Source: Chthoniobacteraceae bacterium
Lineage (GTDB): Bacteria; Verrucomicrobiota; Verrucomicrobiia; Chthoniobacterales; Chthoniobacteraceae
DNA length: 64,000 nt
Reading direction: 5' to 3'
Assembly (NCBI GenBank): GCA_040081625.1
Contig: JBEBGD010000018.1
Location: 1 to 64,000, forward strand
Made by a program: the position numbers and the translations under genes. This document shows positions 58,846 through 64,000 of this stretch, one piece after another. Numbering within the stretch: position 1 is the first letter of the stretch; each line of letters starts with the position of its first letter. The notes under the pieces are model-generated. The model saw only the letters and a list, made by a program, of their open reading frames with translations, was not told the origin of the DNA and did not search any database.

Positions 58846-60314
58846 GCACGCCGACGTTTGCGGTGGTCGGCGCGGTGAATCCGGGAAAGTCCTCGATCGT
58901 CGCCACGCTCGCGGAGAACGACCGCGTGCGCGTGAGCCCGGTCCCGGGCGAGACCGCGGACTGCGAGCGGTTCGCGCTCGATGACCTGTTCATCTTCTTC
59001 GACACGCCCGGTTTTCAGAACGCGCCGGAGGCGCTCGCCGAACTCGAATCGGCGCGCAACGCAAAGGACCCGCTCGCTGTTTTCCGTGAGTTCATCGCGC
59101 GGCACCGCGGCGAGCGCGCCTTCGACGCCGAGTGCCGGCTGCTCGAACGGATCGTCGCCGGCGCGGGCATCATCTACGTCGTCGATGGCTCGCGACCGAT
59201 GCGCGAGATCAACCTCGCCGAGATGGAAATCCTGCGCCTGACCGGGCAGCCGCGTGTCGCCGTGATCAATCGCACGAGCGCCGCGGATCATGTGGCCGAT
59301 TGGAAGAGTCGGCTCGATCAGCACTTCAAGATCGTGTGGGAGCTGAACGCGCAGCGCGCCTCGTTCGAGGACCGGCTCGCGCTGCTCGACGCGCTCGCCG
59401 GCCTCGACCAGGCGTGGGCGCCGAATATTCGCAAGGCCGTGCAGATCCTCCGCGAAGACCGCGTGCAGAAGATCGAGGAGTGCGCGGAGATTATCGCCGA
59501 GATGCTCTGCCGCTGCCTCGAGCACCGCGAGACGAGCGCCGACGACACGACGACGCCCACCCGGCGCGAGCGGCTCGAGGCGGAACTCAAGGACGCCTAC
59601 CGCCGCACGATCGCCGCCGAGGAATCCAACGCGCACCGGCAGCTCATCGAGAAGTTCAAGCATCACCTTGTCGGCGCGGACGCCGATCACCTGCTCGATA
59701 CCGGGCTTTTCAGCGAGGACACGTGGCGGATGCTCGGGCTGAGCACGACGCAGCTCGCGGTGGTTTCCGGTCTCGCGGGTGGCGGCGCGGGCGTCGCCAT
59801 CGACGTGCTCGTGGGCGGTCACAGCCTCGGCCTCGGCGCGCTGATCGGCGGCGCCATCGGCGCGGGCGGCGCGCTCATCGTCGGGAAGACGCAGCCCGAC
59901 CTGGCGGTCGATGTGCCGCTGCGCTCGAAGTGGGTGCCGGAGTTTGCGCGCCGGATTCTCCCGGAGAAAATCCGGCAACCCGTGAGCGGGCGCGCGCGCG
60001 TGGTCTGGTGCGCGGCGCTCGATTTCCCGTGGATCCTGCTCGACCGCGCGATCGGCACCTACGCCTACGTGAGCCAGCGTCCGCACGCGCGACGCGATCA
60101 CGTCACGCTGCGGGCCGCGGCGCTCAAGTCGATCCTCAACGCCCATGGCGTCAGCAGCGAACAACTCAGCGATCGTGCGTGCGACAAAATCTTCGCCGCC
60201 ATCCGCGCCGGCAAGGTGACACCCGGGCAACGAAGCGCGCTCCGCGCGAAGATCCGCGAGTGGCTCGGCAAGGTCGGCAGCGAGCAAATCGACTTCCGCG
60301 CCGCGGAAAGTTGA
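58842..60314 (+). CDS. GTPase domain / DUF3482-like protein
   Basis: MSTPTFAVVGAVNPGKSS P-loop, DTPG, YVVDGS; C-terminal Gly-rich hydrophobic hairpin (GGHSLGLGALIGG); GGAGG RBS and ATGA overlap. Confidence 0.8.
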   Translation: MSTPTFAVVGAVNPGKSSIVATLAENDRVRVSPVPGETADCERFALDDLFIFFDTPGFQNAPEALAELESARNAKDPLAVFREFIARHRGERAFDAECRLLERIVAGAGIIYVVDGSRPMREINLAEMEILRLTGQPRVAVINRTSAADHVADWKSRLDQHFKIVWELNAQRASFEDRLALLDALAGLDQAWAPNIRKAVQILREDRVQKIEECAEIIAEMLCRCLEHRETSADDTTTPTRRERLEAELKDAYRRTIAAEESNAHRQLIEKFKHHLVGADADHLLDTGLFSEDTWRMLGLSTTQLAVVSGLAGGGAGVAIDVLVGGHSLGLGALIGGAIGAGGALIVGKTQPDLAVDVPLRSKWVPEFARRILPEKIRQPVSGRARVVWCAALDFPWILLDRAIGTYAYVSQRPHARRDHVTLRAAALKSILNAHGVSSEQLSDRACDKIFAAIRAGKVTPGQRSALRAKIREWLGKVGSEQIDFRAAES

Positions 60315-60347
60315 GTATTCGGAGCGCCCCTCCTTCTTCCCGATTTC

Positions 60348-61286
60348 ATGCAGCGCAGCAATCTCATCCTCGGCGCGATCAGGGGTTACACCTTCGATCA
60401 ACTCTCGCCATTCATCCGCTCCCTCCGGGCCGCCGGCTCGACGGCCGAGCTGTGCCTTTTTCACAACTCGATCGACGACGCGTCGCTCGCGAAGTTGCGC
60501 GAACACGGGGCGACGCTGATCCCGTTTCATAAGTTCGGACTCAAGAACCCGTTCACCGGCCACGTTTACACCGGTGACGGACGGTTGCGGACGATCCTGA
60601 ACCTCTATCCGCGCTTCATCGGCGGGATGCCCGGCTTGTCGGACGAGGCGCGCTTCGCCGCGCGCGCGAAGTTCGCGAAGAAGTTCTTCATCGTTCACTG
60701 CTCGCGATACCTCATGTATCTCGAATACCTGCTGAGCCGCAGCGCCGAGGAAGTCGGGAACGTGCTCATCGCGGACCTGCGCGACGTGTTCTTCCAGCGC
60801 GACCCGTTCGAGTTCGACTGCGGCGATTCGCTGTGCGTGTTCAACGAGCACCGCTCGATCCGGCTCGAGACCGATTCGTGCAATCGCGAGTGGGTCGAGG
60901 CGCCGATGGGCAGGGAGGCCGTGGATAAGTTTCGCAGCGAGCCCCTGTCGTGCTCCGGCGTGACGCTCGGCTCGTATCCGCGGATGGTCGAATACCTCAA
61001 GGCGATGGCGCAGCTCTTCTTCACGAGCTACCTGAACTTCGCCTACCATCCCGGCTTCGACCAAGGCGCGCACAACGTCCTGCTCTGGACCGGCGATCTT
61101 CAAAAGGTGCGGCGCTTCGACAATTTCGACAGCCCGGTGCTGACGATGGGCGGCATGAAGCCCGACGAAGTTCTGCTCAACGACGAGCGCAGGGTGATCA
61201 ATCGCGACGGCTCGATCGTTCACATCGTTCATCAGCACGACCGGCATCCGCCAGTCGAGGCGGCCCTTCACGCCCGGCTCTCATGA
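60348..61286 (+). CDS. Putative GT-A-fold glycosyltransferase-like protein
   Basis: ADLRDVFFQRDPF, CSGVTLG, DQGAHN and IVHQHDR motifs reminiscent of nucleotide-diphospho-sugar transferases. Confidence 0.6.
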   Translation: MQRSNLILGAIRGYTFDQLSPFIRSLRAAGSTAELCLFHNSIDDASLAKLREHGATLIPFHKFGLKNPFTGHVYTGDGRLRTILNLYPRFIGGMPGLSDEARFAARAKFAKKFFIVHCSRYLMYLEYLLSRSAEEVGNVLIADLRDVFFQRDPFEFDCGDSLCVFNEHRSIRLETDSCNREWVEAPMGREAVDKFRSEPLSCSGVTLGSYPRMVEYLKAMAQLFFTSYLNFAYHPGFDQGAHNVLLWTGDLQKVRRFDNFDSPVLTMGGMKPDEVLLNDERRVINRDGSIVHIVHQHDRHPPVEAALHARLS

Positions 61287-63187
61287 GGAAGTTCGCGACG
61301 ATTCTCCGCACGCTGGCCGTCCTCCTGGCGTCGGTCGCGGGTCTCCGCGCGGTCGAGACTGGCGTGCTCGTCTATGGCGCCACGCCCGCCGGCATCGCTG
61401 CGGCGCTCGCCGCTGCGCGCGATGGCGAGCGAGTGCTGCTCGTCGAACCGAGCGAACGAATCGGAGGCATGATCACGTGCGGGCTATCGCACACCGACTT
61501 CCGCACGCGCGAGGGTCTGACCGGCGCCTATCTCGAGTTCGCGAAGCAAGTCGAGCAGCACTATCGCGAGACCTACGGCGCCGATTCGCAGCAGCTTCGC
61601 GATAGCTGGGGCGGAGTCTTCGCCGAGCCGAAGGTGAACCTCGCCATTTTCGAGAAGATGCTCGCCGCGGAACCGAACATCACCGTCTGGCGAAACCGGA
61701 AGCTCTTCAGCGTCCGCAGCAGCGGAGACGAGGCCAGCCGCGCGATCGGCATGGCGGCGTTTCTCGAGCCGAATCGCCAGACCGTCGGCGACACCGTGTC
61801 GGCGGATGTGTTCATCGACGCGACCTACGAGGGCGACTTGATCGCCGCGGCGAAGGTTCCTTACCGCGTCGGGCGCGAAGGCCGCGCCGAATACGACGAA
61901 TCGCTCGCCCCCGAGCAGGCCGACGCTCAACTCCAGGCCTACAACTTCCGCCTCGTCGCGACGCGGGAACCCGCGAACCGCGCACCGGTGCGCAAGCCGC
62001 AGGGCTACAAGCGCGAGGAGTTCGCCGGCGTGCTGCCGCTCTTCGCGAGCGGTAAGTTGAAGACCATCTTTGGGTATCCGAGCGGGATTCTTTTCAAGGC
62101 GCAGACGCCGCCGCTGCCGAACGGCAAATACGATCTCAACGACGTCTCCGCCGGCACCGTGCGCCTCTCGCTGCCCGGCGAGAATCTCGACTGGCCCGAT
62201 GGCGGCGGCGGTGCGGCGGTTCGCGAAAGCGGCGGCGACACGGTCGTGCCTTATTCGCCGACGGGGCTCGGGCAGGCGCGGCAGCGCGTGTTCGACGCGC
62301 ACCTGCTCTGGAATGTCGGCCTGCTCTACTTCCTGCAAAACGACGACGCGGTTCCCGCGAAGCTTCGCACCGAAGCGCGCGAGTGGGGCTGGTGCCGCGA
62401 TGAGTTCGACGACAACGGCCACCTGCCGCCGCAACTCTACGTGCGCGAGGCCCGGCGGATGATCGGCGCTTACGTCTTTACCGAGCACGACACTGCCCAC
62501 GCGCCGGGCGACGCGCGCGCCGTGCTCCGCAGCGACGCGATCGCGATGGGCGACTACGGCTCGAACTGCCACGGCACCGCGCACGACGGCTCGCGTTTCG
62601 GCGGCAAGCACACGGGCGAGTTTTACAAAAGCGTGTCGCCTTACCAGATCCCTTACGGGGTGCTCGTCGCCAAAGGCGTCGAGAACCTCCTCGCGCCTGG
62701 CCCGGTGAGCGCGTCGCACGTCGGCTTCTGCGCGCTGCGGCTCGAGCCGATCTGGATGTCGCTCGGCCAGGCCGCCGGCCACGCCGCGCATCTCGCCCGT
62801 GCCGCGCGCACGACCGTGCAACGCGTGAGTGTGGCCGATTTGCAAAAGCGACTGCACACGGCAGGCGGTGCGACGATCTACGTGAGCGATGTGCCGCCCG
62901 GCCACGCGGACTTCGCCGCAGTGCAGTGGTGGGGCACCGCCGGCGGATTGCACGGACTCGCGCCGATGCCCGCGAAGCCGGGGCAGCGCGGGAAGAATTT
63001 GCACGGACAGTATTACGAAGCCTATCCCGGGCACGCTGCGGAGCTGGACAAGCTACTCGACGACGGGCTCGCGACCGCGTGGCTGAAGCTCGCGGCGGCC
63101 CTGCGCATCGACGCAGCGACACTTCCGAAGGCCGATGGAACGATCACGCGCCGCGACTTCATCCGCGCAGCCTTCGCCGCCCGATGA
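61283..63187 (+). CDS. Secreted FAD-dependent oxidoreductase (FAD_oxidored family)
   Basis: Signal peptide; VYGATPAGIAAA, FIDATYEGDL, YRVGRE, LYVREARRM, SASHVGFCALRLEP. Confidence 0.88.
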   Translation: MRKFATILRTLAVLLASVAGLRAVETGVLVYGATPAGIAAALAAARDGERVLLVEPSERIGGMITCGLSHTDFRTREGLTGAYLEFAKQVEQHYRETYGADSQQLRDSWGGVFAEPKVNLAIFEKMLAAEPNITVWRNRKLFSVRSSGDEASRAIGMAAFLEPNRQTVGDTVSADVFIDATYEGDLIAAAKVPYRVGREGRAEYDESLAPEQADAQLQAYNFRLVATREPANRAPVRKPQGYKREEFAGVLPLFASGKLKTIFGYPSGILFKAQTPPLPNGKYDLNDVSAGTVRLSLPGENLDWPDGGGGAAVRESGGDTVVPYSPTGLGQARQRVFDAHLLWNVGLLYFLQNDDAVPAKLRTEAREWGWCRDEFDDNGHLPPQLYVREARRMIGAYVFTEHDTAHAPGDARAVLRSDAIAMGDYGSNCHGTAHDGSRFGGKHTGEFYKSVSPYQIPYGVLVAKGVENLLAPGPVSASHVGFCALRLEPIWMSLGQAAGHAAHLARAARTTVQRVSVADLQKRLHTAGGATIYVSDVPPGHADFAAVQWWGTAGGLHGLAPMPAKPGQRGKNLHGQYYEAYPGHAAELDKLLDDGLATAWLKLAAALRIDAATLPKADGTITRRDFIRAAFAAR

Positions 63188-64000
63188 GACGCCTCGCCCT
63201 GCTCTGCCTGGTCGCACTGCCGGTGTTCGCTCAGGACTGGCCGCGCTTTCGCGGGCCGGACGGCGATGGCTCGTGGAATCCGCAGCGACTTCCCACCGAC
63301 CTCGCGAGCATCAAGCCGCGGCAACTCTGGAAGCAAAGCATCGGCGGCGGTTTTGGCGGCGTGACGATCAGCGACGGTCGCGTCTTCGTGATGGATCGGC
63401 AGACGACCCCGGAGAATGTCGAGCGTGTGCTCTGCTTCGATGCGCGCACCGGCAAGCCGCTGTGGGAGCATCGTTACGGCGTGGACTACGGGAGGATGGA
63501 ATACAACTCCGGCCCGCGCGCGAGCGTCACCATTCACGAAGGCCGCGCTTACGCTTTCGGCGCGACCGGCATCGCGACGTGTCTCGACGTGGCAAGCGGC
63601 AAGGTGACGTGGACGCACGACACGGTGAGGGAACTTGGCGCCGTGATTCCGCAGTGGGGATTCGCCGCGTCTCCGCTGATCTTGAAGGACACGGTGCTGA
63701 TTCATTGCGGCGCGAAGCCCGGCGGCAGCGTCGTCGCGCTCGACCTCGCGACGGGCCGCGAGCGCTGGCGCGGCGGCAACGATCCCGCCGGCTACTCCAC
63801 GCCCGCGTTGTTCGGATCGGAGCTTGTCCAGTGGGGGCCGGAGCATGTGATGGCGCTCGAACCCGGCACGGGCCGCGAGATCTGGCGTGTGCCCTACAAG
63901 ATCACCTACGGCGTCTCGATCGCGCAGCCGATTTTCCACGAGGGCATCGTCTTGGTGTCCGGCTACTGGCACGGCTCGCGCGCGATCCGCGCGAGCGATT
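63184..64000 (+). CDS. PQQ-like beta-propeller repeat protein (BamB-like), truncated at the window end
   Basis: Not in the ORF track because it has no stop. ATG 63184 gives MRRLALLCLVALPVFAQDWPRFRGPDGDG…; repeats CFDARTGKPLW, CLDVASGKVTW, ALDLATGRERW; GYSTP. Confidence 0.85.
   Translation, partial: MRRLALLCLVALPVFAQDWPRFRGPDGDGSWNPQRLPTDLASIKPRQLWKQSIGGGFGGVTISDGRVFVMDRQTTPENVERVLCFDARTGKPLWEHRYGVDYGRMEYNSGPRASVTIHEGRAYAFGATGIATCLDVASGKVTWTHDTVRELGAVIPQWGFAASPLILKDTVLIHCGAKPGGSVVALDLATGRERWRGGNDPAGYSTPALFGSELVQWGPEHVMALEPGTGREIWRVPYKITYGVSIAQPIFHEGIVLVSGYWHGSRAIRASD

Overview
High-GC bacterial window. Tat-exported oxidoreductases and hydrolases, a PVC-type dehydrogenase, PEP-CTERM giants and a characteristic C-terminal domain suggest Verrucomicrobiota (inference). 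About 30 kb is taken by two convergent giant genes for secreted beta-strand-repeat proteins ending in PEP-CTERM tails (3343 aa and 6579 aa). They flank a block containing rodA, an OppF/DppF-like ATPase, a wHTH-regulated ispH/ferritin-like cluster and an orphan moxR. Other genes include cysE, a polyphosphate glucokinase in a lower-GC patch, a SWIM-SNF2 helicase, a DUF2868/GTPase pair, a glycosyltransferase-like gene, an FAD oxidoreductase and a PQQ-like propeller. The most notable signal: ORFs 5064..5330 and 4176..5048 (-) form one continuous frame broken only by a TGA in the context His-Cys-[TGA], followed by a hairpin matching the bacterial SECIS model. This predicts an exported 384-aa thioredoxin-fold selenoprotein with a Cys-Sec motif that resembles, from memory, the redox domain of eukaryotic selenoprotein N. 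I also found a repeated CTTTG-N5-CAAAG operator, higher-order module repeats in both giant proteins, and a lower-GC segment inside one of them. No rRNA, tRNA, CRISPR array or transposase was recognised. All family assignments are by eye, without database searches.
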